This document shows positions 42,773 to 55,690 of a stretch of DNA of 64,000 bases, in pieces. The stretch's first letter is position 1, and every line of letters starts with the position of its first letter. Made by a program: the position numbers and the translations under genes. A model generated the notes under the pieces. The model was not told the origin of the DNA and made no database searches. It saw only the letters and a list, made by a program, of their open reading frames with translations. Origin of the DNA: Lama guanicoe. Taxonomy: Eukaryota. The stretch lies in contig MU054662.1 of NCBI GenBank assembly GCA_013239625.1, positions 14,621,798-14,685,797 on the forward strand, read 5' to 3'.

Positions 42773-44559
42773 AACCTGCCATCCAGAAGGTCTGGGCAGA
42801 TGGGTCAGACGCACCTGGACATTGAAGGAGGGGCACAGGAGGCCTTCCCAGCAGCAGGGCTGGGCGGGCACCTGTGTGTTGTCCCAGTGTGTGCAGCTCC
42901 CTGCTGGCTGTCACTTGGCAGGGTAACCGCCAGGAAACATGCACAGGGCATGGCTGTGGGAAGCCCCCAGAGGCTCCAGATGAGCTGTTAGGAGTGAGCA
43001 GGCCAGGACGTGGACAGATGATGGTGTGCGTGTACACACAAGCATGCACACACATGCACGCGCACACACAGGGCAGCCCACTGTGTCCCCAGTCCTCGGG
43101 CGTGGAGGGAGGTGGTGGACATTGGGAGCAAGTGGGACGCTTGTTCCTGGAGCGAGATTTACGGGAGGGAGAGGAAGTTAACACTGACAGCTGATGAGGT
43201 AGATGAGTAATACTTCAGCTTTAGTTCAGAGCTTTCTGACGGAAGAAGAAGGGGAGCACGTGCTCAGAGTCTGTACAGCAAGTTGAGCTCAACTGCCCAG
43301 GAGCCGAGCGTGGGTCCCACCTGGGCATGAAGGGGCGAGGCACTCATTACACGCACTGACGCCCCTGGAAGGAGGGGCTCCAGGTGGCCTGGTGTGGCCT
43401 GCTCCACTGGCCGCACCCTTCCAGAAACTGCATCTCCAGGGATGCAGCCCTGACACCTCTGAGTCTGCACTTACCTCCCAGCGTGCTGGACAGTGCTGGG
43501 GATGGGCTGAGGATGGCCTGGATTTGCTCGGGCTGAGAAGCCCACCCCAGAAAGACCCCAGTCAGCTAATGGGGACACAAGGCTTTGGGTCTGGTCTGAG
43601 CAGAGCCGGCACCCCAAACCCTCTCGAGCCATTGCGGGCCTGACGGCTCACTCCACCTGATTTCCAGGCTGACCTCATTCCTTCGGCCAGAGCATGCGTG
43701 AACATACCATGCAGACTGATGATTCACTGGTTTAATTAAAGTTTCGCATATATTTTTAATGTGTCGCCTGTGGCCTGAACCAGCTGACCTTCCCTGGGGC
43801 CCTGTCAAGGCAGTTTAGGTCTGTCCTCTGGGGTCAGCTGTCATGAAGGGGAGAGAGGAGGCCTATCCCAGTGGGTCTCTGGAAGGGGCCTGGGGGTCCA
43901 GTGTGGGTCTCCTACCCTGAGTCTGGGGGGCTGCTCCTGCCACCCCGTTGCTCATCTCTGTCCTGCACAACATGGGGGGGCCTGAGAGCGGGAGGGCTAG
44001 GCTCTGGGGGACTTAGGCCACCATCTGGGACAAGGCACCAAAGTGCTGTGTGACCTGAAACAGGAATGGAACCTCTCTGGGCACTGGCTTCCTCATCGGT
44101 AGAAAGGAGGAAACAGCCTAGAGCCACAGAATCCGCCCCTTTCCCAGTCTGGGCCAGACCACCTGTGCGTCCACGGCTAGCTCATAGCTGCAGATGCTCC
44201 CCAGACCCATTTACTCTTCTTTCTGCCTTCGCAGCAGGCGGGCCCCCTTGCTCCTGCCTCCTGCTCCGGGGGCGTCTGTAGAGGAGAGCCTTCCGGGGTC
44301 AGTAGCACAGTCTGGGAGGAACGCTCACACGCTTCGTGCCCCTCCCGCTGTAGATGAAGAGACAGCGGCTCCTGAGATTCTGCCCCTCAGTGAGTGGCTG
44401 GCACACCTGGTGCTGGGACTGGCTCAGCCAGGTGACCTCTAAATCCTGTCTGCCCAAGGCCCCTCTCCCTCTGCTGGGCTCCCCCTCCCTCAAGACCAGG
44501 GGCGGTAGCCCAGGTGGAGCCCTCAGGCCCTCACCCAGCAGATGCTGATGGCCGGGAAC

Positions 44560-44675
44560 TTATTTGCTCTGTTTATTTTTTATTTCTATTTATTTACTTT
44601 TTGGGGGGGGTTAGGTTTACTTACTAAATTATTTTTTTAATGGCGGTACCAGGGATTGAACCCATGACCTCATGC
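44560..44675 (-). mobile_element. 5'-truncated tRNA-derived SINE, camelid Vic-1-like
   Basis: The - strand reads gcatgaggtcatgggttcaatccctggtaccgccattaaaa...aaacctaacccccccc plus an A-rich tail; B box GGTTCAATCC present, A box missing. Confidence 0.7.
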
Positions 44676-44979
44676 AGCTCCTTTTATTTTGAACACGTGG
44701 GGGCTCCAGAAATGGTCTTTGGTGGGAGTGGTGCCACTAAACGGAATCTCAGGTGTGCCCACTTCCCCCACGCATGTGGCTGCGTTCGTGTGCAAAGACG
44801 GACACCCCCCGTCCTCTGTCCTGGGGAGAGCGAAGCAGGCCCACCCACCGGCCTCATGCCTGTCGCAGGTGAGGAGACAGGCTCAGAGGGGTCAGAGATG
44901 GAAGCAAGGCCATGCGCCGGTTCCACAAGGGTTCGCTACGTGAAACGTTAACTGAACGAACAATAAAAAATTGCAAAGC

Positions 44980-45170
44980 AAAGCACTTGCTACTCCTCTT
45001 CTGAGTGGTTAACGTGATTAACCGTAACACTCAGTCCTGCCTCACAGACATCCTGCTATCGTCCTCGTTTAGAGATGAGGAGTGTGAGGCACAGAGAGGT
45101 CAAGTACTGGCCCTAGGACACACAGCTGTGGCGGCAGAGCGGGGATCTGAGTCCAGTAGTTGGGCTCCGT
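44980..45170. mobile_element. MIR SINE
   Basis: Core cgtttagagatgaggagtgtgaggcacagagaggtcaagtactggccctaggacacacagct. Confidence 0.75.
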
Positions 45171-45217
45171 GCTCGCAGCACCTGGCTGAGCCCTCTGTGC
45201 AGTCTAGGGCAGCATTT

Positions 45218-45300
45218 GCCAGGAGAACTCTGTGATGCTGGGAATGTGATGGCCACTAGACACATGTGCTACTGAGCTGAGAAGTGGCTGGTGTGGCTGG
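45218..45300. mobile_element. MER3-like (hAT-Charlie) fragment
   Basis: agaactctgtgatgctgggaatgt...ggccactagacacatgtgctactgagc...aagtggctggtgtggctg. Confidence 0.55.
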
Positions 45301-45954
45301 GGGACAGCCCACCAGGGAGGGAGAGCAGCCTACCCCATTCCAGCATTGGGTTCAGGCTTCTGAGTGATGGTTACATGAACAGCCCAGAGCTTTGAGCCTA
45401 AACGGACTCATGGCCTCGAAGGCCAGATTGTTCGACTGCTTCACGCAGAAGAGAACGAGATAGACGGAAGTGAGGCAGAGAGGACCGCCTGTGCCCAGCC
45501 TCACACAACAGTCAGCGAGCACCCGCAGACCAGGGACCCAGCTGCAGGTTGGGTCCACTCCTGGTACCCACGGCCAAGCCTGCCATCTCTATGCCCCTGC
45601 TCCCCTCCTTCCCGAAGTTTCTTGAAGAGAGAAACCCGGTCCACAAGTTTAAAACTGCAGGCAAGTTTTATCCCCAAGTCCATCCAGCTCCTGGTAGTCC
45701 AGACACTCTCCACTTTGGGCTTATTGCTGGCAAAGCCCTAAGCCCTGCCAAGCACTTGGCTGGGAGGCCGCTGCCCTGTTGTTGCCGGTGTGCTCAGGGA
45801 GTGCAGACTCATTTTAATATTGGCTGGAGCTAAACCTCATCAGAAAAGTAAATTTGCTATAGCTGCAAAAAAGGAAAAAAAAAAAAGCAACCCACACAGT
45901 CCTTTCTTCCAAAGTTAAATAAAAAACCTGATCTGACTCTAACGTTTCAGTTCC

Positions 45955-46000
45955 CGGCATGGCCCAGAGCCTGGAACACAGTAGGTGCTCAGTGAATGAG
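45955..46000. mobile_element. L2 3' end
   Basis: cagagcctggaacacagtaggtgctcagtgaatg. Confidence 0.6.
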
Positions 46001-48814
46001 CACGAAGTGGGGGTTTGGAACCATCTCCATCCACCTCGCCATCCTTCAGCACAAACACCGAGAGGCCACCGGGTTGGAGCTCTCATCAGTTGCATGGATT
46101 TTTTTGGACAACCATTGGCTGGTAAGTGGAAGGACCACATTGCTACTGATCAGACATGGAAATGATATTGCTGCCATGGATGGGCAAGGGGGCACCGGGA
46201 AACAGGCACTGCTGGGCAGAGAAGGCCCAGAGTCTGGAGGCATGGGAGATAGGAGAGATGGCAACCCCAGTGTGAATGGCTCCGGGTTGGCCAGAGAATG
46301 GCTACTCCAAATTCCAGAGCCACTCAGAAGACATGCGGAAGTGAGCAAAGTCCAGACGCTACGGTGACATCCACCACGAACTCTACCACAAACAGCCTGG
46401 TACAGAGGGCTCCTGGATTCACAGGCCTTCAGGGAGCCAGGGCTTAGGGGGCTCAGCTTCCCCCACAGTCCACCAGCTGGTCACGGAGGGCCTGAGGCGG
46501 CCCTGCCTGGCTGAGCCCGTGCCCTACCCCGTGCTCAGCGGGGCCCCCAGAGGCCTTCCGGCCGGAACCCTGAGGCTGCAGCAGGAGGTTTTCCTCTCCT
46601 TCTCTCCAGGTGTTGGGTGCCTCCAGCCCACTGTACCCAGGGCTGGGGGGGGGGCAGGCCCCAGGAGGTAGGGGACCCCTCAGCACAGGGGCTGGTTCCG
46701 GGCCACATCTCCCTGAGGGTCCCGGTCTCACAGGCGGTCCCCCTTCTGCCTTCGGGCCTCCCTCCGAACCTCACATTCATGCGAGCCTTGGGAAGAACCT
46801 TCCTCAGGAGACTGTGCCCCTGCTTCACCCAGGGTTGGGAAACTTGGGAAGGAAGCCGGCTGCTGCCCCCACTCCCCGCCCCACTGGGCTCCCTGCTGGC
46901 TGCTCTGTGAGCCTGCTTCTGTCCTTTCTGCCCCTTTGTCTGTTGTCTCTCGCAGCTGCTCTGCCTGCCTCAGACTCTCAGATTCTCTTTTCCCGAGCCC
47001 TGCTTCCCTTCCCCTCCAGTTCTCAGCCGAGGGGAGCTCTCAGGCACCTCTGTGCCAGCTCCTCCTGCAGCCAAGCTGAACCAACACGCCCAGATCCTAG
47101 GGCTTGGCTCCAGGTCAGCTCACCCTGCGACAACTCTCACACTTGCAGGGCTCCTGCCCTGTCTCCCCCTCGGTGCTCACGACCAGGGGGTGTACAGTGA
47201 CTCGGTCCCCTCACCCCTCGCCCCCGCCCCTCAGAACTGCGGTGGGAAAATCCAGGTGGGTCCAGAGGCCTGAGGGAGGGGACTGGGCTGGCCCTGCCAG
47301 CATCTTCCTCTGCAGCTCCTGGTCTCTGCCTGTGCCCCTCAGTGATTCACCTGCCCCACACTCTGGGGACTAGCCAGTGTCTGTTCATCCAGAGACCTAC
47401 ATGCACATATTCAGCCCAGCGCCTGTGGGCCTCTAATGTGCCTGAACACACAGGGATGCCCAAGTGTCCAAGGGCCTGGGACAGAATGGGCATGGCAAGC
47501 CACTCGGCACCACTGCTGAATGGGGCCCAAATCCATCAGCCCTCTCCGTTCTGTACTCCCGGCAAGCCTTTCTGCTCCCACCCAAAGGGGCAGAGGGGAA
47601 CGGCACGCAGCTCCAGAACCTTAGGGGGTGCTGGGGATGGACTGAGCACAGTGCACAATCTCTCTGAGGGTCTCACGGGGGAAGGGTCTTCATTCCACAC
47701 GGAGGGAAGGGGACTTCAGTTTGGTCCAGTAAAGCCAGTAACGGCCCCCAGCTGTGCAGGTTTGGGAGGAAATATGTCCATCTCTGTGGTGGCCACTGAC
47801 AGAGGCAGGGAGACACAAGGCACAGAACAAAAATTTCAGAAAACCTCAAGCCATGTTCCTGTGAAGCCACACGCTGCACAACCCCAGTACCTTATGAAGC
47901 TGTGTCCCCATTTCCACACAAATGCACACAATAGTGTCACAGGCTATGCACTAAGACATCCCTACTCAGTCCTGTGAAGCAGGACACGCCACAAAACCCA
48001 CACTCAAGTCCAAACAGGCACCCCACCCAGACTGGTTCCCACGCAGGTGTAGCTGCGCTTGCCCCCGTCCCCCTCCAGGCATGGCGCTGACAATGGTCAG
48101 CAAGGCCGGCTTCAGAGTCCAGTGCATCAGAAATCCCCAGAGTCCCTCAGCCCCAGCTTCTGCAAGAATCCATGCAGACAGTGCCAGCTGAGACTAGGCC
48201 TGGCCAGAGAAGGGGACGGGGAGACTGGACAAGGGCTTGTGTATGTGTGTCTCTTGACCTCAGCTCTTGGTCCCAAGCTGTCACCTCCTTCCTTGTCACC
48301 GCTGGATGCCCTGGCCTCCTTCTTCCTTCTTTCCTGCCTCACGTCTCAGCTCCTTCTCAGAAGTTACGGGCTCTGACTTGGGAGTGATCAGGACCCCATG
48401 CTGGAGCCCAAGTGCAGCGGGTAGAGGGTAAACGGGGTCGTGCTTCTCTCCTCCCTCTACACTTAACGTCCCAAGGACCCTGGGCCACCTGGCCACCTCT
48501 TAGCCCCTCAGCATCCCCGGCAGAGCTGCAGAGACTTAACTCGCCGGTGGCTGCAGCCTCAGAGCGGTTGAGGACAACGCTGGGGAGCCCGTGTAGCGGG
48601 TGCTGGCCCCCAGACCCGGGCCCTCGGCAACCACCTGCTGAGGTGGGGAGGGACCAGCAAGCTGAGAGCCGGCTAGCTGGTGGGAGCTGCTGAGAACCAG
48701 CTCCCCACTCCACGTCGCCCGAGGAGGGCGGGCATCGCCCAGGTTTTGTTTCGAGGCCCCTCGGCCCCAGTCCGGTTCCCGGCGGCTCTCCAGCTGCCCC
48801 GCTGCTCGCACAGC

Positions 48815-48880
48815 CACACACACAAACACACACACGCACATAAGCACACACACACACACACACAGGCGCGCGCACACGCG
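48815..48880. repeat. (CA)n/(CG)n alternating tract at the start of B3GAT1 intron 1
   Basis: cacacacaaacacacacacgcacataagcacacacacacacacacaggcgcgcgcacacgcg. Confidence 0.92.
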
Positions 48881-48954
48881 CCCAGGAGGACATGGCGCGG
48901 GTACTGATGCGGACGCATAAAGGGGCTCTGTGAGCGGCGGCGGGGGGCACTGAC

Positions 48955-49365
48955 CTGCGGCGGCGAGTCCAGATCGATCCCGGTGAGGTCCATCGCGGGC
49001 GGCAGCCCCTACGCTCCAGCCCCGGCGACCCCAGGCTGCTGGCCCCGGCCGCGCGCGCCTCCGTCCCAGGGGGCTCTCGGGCTGCGGGCCCCCGGGGGCC
49101 CCTTCATAGCCGCTAGGTCCGCGCCGTCCGCCCGCCGCCCCGGCCCGGCCCGGCCTTTCTGCGCTTAGCTCAGAAGGGGCGTGGGGAGGGGAGCCGGGCA
49201 GGGAGGCCGGAGGCGCAGAGGGGAGTGGGGCGGGCGGGCCCCGGGAGCGCAGAGCGGGGGCGCGGGGGCCGGGGCGCGCGGCCGGAGCCCAGCCGACCGG
49301 GCCGGCGCGGAGTCCCCTCGGCAGCGGCGGATGCGCCCCGGCCGCCGCGGCTGTGACAGCGCAGC
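48955..49365 (-). other. B3GAT1: B3GAT1 exon 1 (5' leader; TSS approximate)
   Basis: Lies in the CpG island downstream of a GC-box cluster; donor CCGCAG|gtcagt at 48955/48954. Confidence 0.75.
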
Positions 49366-52300
49366 CGGCCCCGCCCCCGCTCCCCGCCCGCCCCGCCCCC
49401 GCCCCCGCCCCGAGCGAGCGCCAGCTGCCGGCGGGACCCGCGCGGCTGATGGTCGGTACCAACCTCGTCCGCTGAGGCGGGGGCGCGGAGGGAAGGGACC
49501 CCCGGATTGGTATCACCCCCGCGCCCTCCCCGGCGGAGGCGGCCCCGGCGCTGCACGCTGGAGCCGGGGCTGCGGGCGGAGCGACATCTCTGGGCCTTGC
49601 TCTCTGGAGTTAAAGCCCCCCACCCCCACCCCGCCTGCATCCCGGCGGCTCCTGGCGCCCGGCTTGGCAGGCTTTCTCAAAGGGTGATTGTTTCCGGGCT
49701 GGGCAGTTGGGGGGCGGTTCTCTGGGACCGAGAGGCAGAGCCAGGAGCGGGGAGGGTGCCGCTCCCCCTTGGCTTCAAGAACCCGGAGAGGGAGATGGCT
49801 GGTGGGGCAACTGGTACCTGCCGGGATACCGGGGTGCCTGTTGGGTGGAGATGGGTGTCTCAGGCTCCGGCCTATAGGGGGGCCGCACCTGTCAGCACTG
49901 CTGCTTTCCGAAGGCCTGCCAAGCTGCTGTGTGTCCTTCTCGACATCCCCACTCCCCCTCACCCCAGTGCACTGGACATTCCAAAGAAAAGGCAACCGGC
50001 AGGCAGCGTGGGGGCTGGAGAGAGGCTGGAAAGGGAGCAGAGAGGAGCAGCGGGACCGGCAGGCTGCCCAGGAATTTCCCAGGGCTCCTTGGGCAAAGAA
50101 GCCCCTGCATGTTTCCTGCCTGCATGTGCTGGGTGGGCTGGAGAATGTGCAGCCAGTGAGTCCTGGGTGTGCACACGTGTGTGCATGTGTGTATGGGGTG
50201 CAGATGTAGCCGTGACACGCAGTCATCTATGGGGACACTTCCCAATGCTCTTTTATCAAGTTGCCAGAGACTTATCCAACATATGTTTTTAGGGTTTGCA
50301 TCCCTGGCTGGTCCTCCTACTAGACACCAGTTGTCAGGGCCACCCTGTGTTCGCCTCACAGCCCCAGAAGGCAGCTCCAGTAGGTGGGTTCTGACCTTAG
50401 CGGGACCAGAGGATGTCAGTGCTTCTAGTAGCTCAGACTCTCCCATCAGGTCTGAGGACTCCTTCCCTCACGTGGTGACAACTCTAGACCCACTGTCTGT
50501 GTTGCTGGATCAAAGTGGCACCACCAGGCAGTGTGTTTCTATGTACTGTGGACCCATTTCCCATCACCTTCTCTGCCCTGCTCAGTATGCAGCCCTACTC
50601 CTTCTGAGTATGTGTGGTGGGTGGATCAGGTGGGACCAGGGGCTTCAGAATCAGCTACTTTGTTCAAGACCTTGAGGTGAGGAAGGGGTCCCACCATGCA
50701 CACCACCTCAGGAACACATGAAAATATAACTAATTATGCTTGTAAGGACAACGTCCCTCCCTCTCACCGCTTCTTTTGTCCCTGTGTTTAACAGCCTTCT
50801 TTGCCATCAAGGAAGTTCTGCCAAATCTAACCTGAGTATGTCCTGCTGCAGTGCAGGATCCTGTCCTCATTCTCTTAAAGAGGCAGGAATTACAGCAAGT
50901 CCTGCCCTGCTTTTTCCTCCCCTGTTTCGATAATCCTTGCTCCTTGAGACTCTGCTGAGAGAACCTTTCTGATTCCGAGTTCTCCTTGCCTCCACATTGA
51001 CTGGAGAGGGGAGGGCTGCCCAGATGAGCCCAGAAGAGGGGCCTGGCCACCACTTTGCTTGAGTACAAACTGCCTCCCTCCCCAGAAACCCCCCAGAGCC
51101 CCTCCAGGTCCCTCACCTCATTTTACAAGCAGGGAGATGGAGGCCCCCAGGGGGCTCACCTGTGTGGGAGCACAAACTTGGCTTATCTAACTTTGATATT
51201 GTAAAAATTGCTTTTACCAAATCATATTCTCACCTTTATGTATTCTCATCTTTATGTAAGAGCATAAGAAATGTATAATCAAAACCAGTGCTTTCTATAT
51301 TTGTCATTATGCAGCTACCTCAAAGCAAAATGTCTGAGAGCACAAAACACTAAACTCTCAGTACCAGTCACCACCTCATCTGGGGAACTTAGCTTAGTTG
51401 CCTTGAAGCTGCTTTGCTAGCAGAATCTGCTGCAAACTGTCTCCTCGCCATAGAAAGCAGAGACATGCTCTGCTTGCTTTGCTTAGTTCGAGGTCATAGA
51501 TTCAGGGCCACTTGTGCTTATGGAAAACCGTAGCTTGTCCCCTGCCCTAACCGGCAGGACATGCTTCGCTCATCAGGCGCAGGTGGATAGTGTGGGCCAC
51601 TCTTGCTCACCGAAGACCGTGACTTAGGCCTCAGCTGGGGACAGCTGGGCTGCTTCGCGTACTTAGACAATTTCTGATCATAGTATGGAGACTCTGTGGT
51701 GGTCTGGGTTTTCATTATCAATTATTCGGAACACTGTAACCTTGCTCATGATTGAGGTTTAAAATAATCATTTGTACTATCAATATCGTAACCTTCTAAG
51801 TATAAATTAAGATTATAATGTTTCTGCTTTTCACTAACTGAAACTGCTGGCCTGCATCCCTGCAGGTGTACCATGCCCTTTATTCCTATGACGTATTTCA
51901 CTCTGATTCTTTTGTTTGACTATTCTCAGTAAATACAAGAGCTTTGGAGGAGCTCGGAGAGTTGGTCTCTAGCTCCCTCTCACTCTCTTGACTTAATAAA
52001 GTCTTGAGTAATCTCGTTCTTCCGCGGTGGGACTTTTGCTGGACAAAACCCACAACAACCAGAACCCACACACCCAGGAGGGTGTGAAGGCATGACAGAG
52101 CCACCCCATCTCTCCATCAGCTCCCCCAGGACAAGGCCCTGGGAGGAGGCCGTGTGGAGGCCCTGCCTGAGTGACACACTCTGGCTGCCAGTCTCTTCAG
52201 AAGCAGTCAATCCAGGGGTTGGACTGCCTGCTCTGAGTCCTGTCTGGTCCTGACCACTGTGACCAAGGGCCCTCTCTGCAGGTGTCAGGCTGCTCGCCCT

Positions 52301-54474
52301 TCATCTAGCGGGAGGGTAGGCAGATGGGACAGGTGGGGTGACTGGCTGTACCCTCACCATTCTTGGAAGAACAACAGTGACAATAAACCCCTTTCCAGGA
52401 GGACCTATCTTGTAATTTAGCCCCAGGCCCTGCTTATGGAATTTTTAAATATTAATTTTTAGAGCCAAATAAGAACAGTAATGTGGGATTAAAATTAGCA
52501 TAAGCCTCAGTGAAGAGAGAACAGCCTGCTGTTAGTTTGAGTGGGAAGTTTTGGCATCACCCCAAGTGCACGGACGCACAGAGATACACAGACGGCTCTG
52601 GGGACAGGAAATATGCACACAGTGGCTGATACATGCACAGACACACACAACTACACACTCCTATACCTCGAAGGCACATGTGCACATGTGCGCCCACCTG
52701 CACACGGGCAGACGTGTGTGCACACACACAGGAGTCCCCGCACAGTGGTTGGCTGCACTGCTGCCTTCCTACGCTTTTCCTGTCTTCCTGTTGGCCTCTG
52801 CAGTTCCGTGGGAATCCCTGCTTTCCACATCTGGATTTCCAGCCTCCCCTCACTTAGTCATGCTTGGAACATCTGGAGCAGCCCTGGGTCTCCTGAGTGA
52901 CTGCTCTTCCTTCCTCACTCCTCTGCTGCCAGGAGCGAGCCCCCCTCTCAGAGGCCCCCAGAGCCTAGCCCCGCAATGTTTAGTATGCAAAGGCGGGTCT
53001 GTCCTCTGGGACAAGCTGTTATGTGTTTACTGTGTAGTTAAGCAGGACGGGAGCCCTGCCCCGCTCTGGTCCAGGCCCAGCTTCTGCAATCCAACTCCCA
53101 GAAGAGTTCCATAAAACCATCATCTGCAGTGCAGAACTCGCAGGACATCTGGAAGGGTCTGTGGGTTTTCTCCAAATCACCTGTGCCCTAATTTAATATG
53201 AATAACAATTAGCTTGCTCTTATCAGTTAATTGTCCCCCTTGTGGGCTCCCTCTGTCTTGGCCTCTCTCTCTGCAGGAGCTTTGTTCTGCTCCTGATTTG
53301 TAAGGATGCTTCCTTTTCCAACAGCCCTTCCCTCTCGGCTCACCCCCCCACCCTCAGAGAGGTGCCAGAAAGCAGTGGGTGCCCCCTGCCCACCTGGAAT
53401 CCAGCACCCTCCTCAGCTGTCTCATTGTTGGGACCCCCATTTCTAGGGAGCCATCGAGCACCCCCTGGACCTACAGCAGTGGTTCTGGGATGTGGGTGTG
53501 AGGGTCCAGGCAGGTGCACCGCCCTGCTCTCGGAGGGTGGTGGGAGGGGACATCTGGGTTGGGGCAGGCGGGGAGCTCCCCGAGGAGTCCGGAGCATCTG
53601 GCAGGCACTCGTCAAGCGGCCCGCGGGGCTCTGGCTGGCTGTGTGCAGACTTCTCCTGGCCCAGAGAGATGAGCGGAGGCCTTTAACTCTTCCCCTTCAC
53701 TGGGAGGGCTCTGGGCGGAAATCTGGACCCTGAAGTCCTCGTTTCACATAACAAACTGGAAACGGTCCTTTGGTCACCAGGACTCCCAGTGCCCTCTCCT
53801 CTCCCTCCCTCCTGTGGCGGCATCAAATCTCTGCATCCACAGGAAGGGACTGTCGGTGGCTTCAGACGTCTTCGGTGAGAGGACTTTTGTCTGGCTTTGT
53901 TCCCCTGCAGCTGAGGGAGGCCTGAGAGGCAGTGGGAGGGTCTTGTGACTTGGAGGAGAATCTATCAGAGGCAAACGTGGGACTAGTCTCTGTTCTCCTG
54001 GGGAAGAGAAAGCAACCCACGTTGCCCCACGACCCCCCCACTCCACCTAACTGCCCCCCGGAGCCCGCTGCCTCTAGTCCCTCCGGAACCCCTCACCACC
54101 CAGGCCTGGGCCCGTCTCAGGGCGGGCCCTCAGGCCCCCAGGCCCCACGACCCAGCTCCGGCCCCCCCGCCCTCTCCCTGCAGCCCCTCCTGGTGCCCAG
54201 GCACTCCCTGGACCTCCAGCAGTGGTTCTCCAGGCCCCTTCCGACTCATCTGGAGACTCTTGGTCATGTGTGCACCCTTGCAGGTGTCCAGCCGACACCT
54301 GATGCCCGTTCTGAGCATGTGGGGTGCGCCAGGCACTGTTCTGGGCATCAGGTCATGGCAGTGGTGACATGCAGTACCTAACAGCCACTGGGAAGGTAAA
54401 CTCGGAGTAGGCCCTTCCCTGGAGCAGTGCTCTCAGCCTCCACGTGCCTCAGCTGGGCTCATGACACAAGGTAT

Positions 54475-54630
54475 CGCTGTGAGGTGCTGCTTATGAGAGG
54501 CTCCATTATAAATTCCGCTTTGTAGGTCAGGAACCTGAGGCATAGTATCTGGACAAGCGAGCCAAGGTCACGTGTTCGTAGGTGACGAAGGTGGTGTCTG
54601 GAGCGGGCAGTCTAGCTCCAGGGCGCATGC
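54475..54630. mobile_element. MIR fragment
   Basis: ctgtgaggt...ccgctttgtaggtcaggaacctgaggcatag...ccaaggtcacg...ggcagtctagctccagggc. Confidence 0.55.
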
Positions 54631-55631
54631 TGTCGTCATGTGAGAATCGCGTGTGCTGCTGGGTGGGAGGCACGCAGAGCAACAGAATAAACATGGTGCC
54701 GAAGCATGTGTGGGATGGGAGCTGGCAGGTGGGGTGAAGAGCTGGGGAGAGCCTGGGGAGGCTCCTCACAGAGGAGCATCAGGGGCAGCCTCTGAGAGGT
54801 CAGCGTTGAGCACTGATCAGCAGGTAGAAGGCCAGCTGCGGGAGGAGCTGGAGACCAGAGCCGGGTGAGGGGATGCAGCTGGCCAAGCTGGGAGGTAGGA
54901 GGGGCTCAGTGTGTCTGAGGGACAAGATCCAGCAAGCGCTGGTGGGGGTGTGGGGGGACAGGGCAGGGTGGTGGGGGTGGGAGCATCCTCACACTCACGT
55001 CCTCCGAGAGAGGCTGTCAGCAATGTGAGGGGTGCTGACTCTCCTCCCAGCCTCCCCACGGCCAGGGCGGCACCTTTCTGGGATTTGGAAGAGCTGAGGA
55101 AGAGATTGAGTCTTCCCTTATGGGGCTTTCATTTCACTCACTCACTCACTCATCCACTCTCCTGCCGGGAGCTGGACCAGGGGCTGAAAACAGGGAGACT
55201 AAAGACAGAACTCCTGCTTTCCGTCCCGTGGTCCTCTCAGCCCAGGGCTCCTGCATTCCAGCTTCGTCACTTCCCATGTGAATCCCCCGGATTCTTCGAA
55301 GGGAAGAGGCTGGCAGAGGGGTGGGTTGTCTGGGGGCAGACCGAGCTGGGGCAGGGGCTGCTGCGGACAGCAGAAAGTAGGAGCGGAGTGGGGATGGCCA
55401 TGGCCTGTAGCCTCCAAGTCCTTTTTGTCATCGCCTAGGGTGCTGCTTGGGTGGGAGAGGAGGAAGAGGAGACTAGGACAGGTGCCGGTAAATTTCAGAC
55501 TTAGAGTAGTGAATTTTTACCAGGCATATTTTGAAAGAGAAGTTTTGTGTTAACAGATTTGGGAAATGTTGTGCTCAGAGTATCAGAAGCAGATCTCTCT
55601 CCTCTCTCTCAGGATTCTCCAGGCCTGTGAA

Positions 55632-55690
55632 TTCCTCCCTTCCTCCTCCCTCCCTCCTCCCTCCCTCCTCCCTCCCTTCCTTCCTTCCCT
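55632..55690. repeat. Pyrimidine (CCT/CCCT/CCTT) mirror-type tract
   Basis: ttcctcccttcctcctccctccctcctccctccctcctccctcccttccttccttccct. Confidence 0.9.

Larger units (their letters stand above)
48690..49720 (-). promoter_or_regulatory. CpG-island promoter of B3GAT1 with GC-box/G4 cluster at ~49369-49410
   Basis: Very high CpG density; repeated CCCCGCCC (Sp/KLF) immediately upstream of exon 1; no TATA seen on -. Confidence 0.9.

Noticed and set aside
48536-50292. 326-aa, 261-aa and 237-aa ORFs over the CpG island
   Set aside because: Stop-codon scarcity in very GC-rich DNA; Ala/Gly/Pro/Arg-rich, mostly non-ATG starts, no domain.
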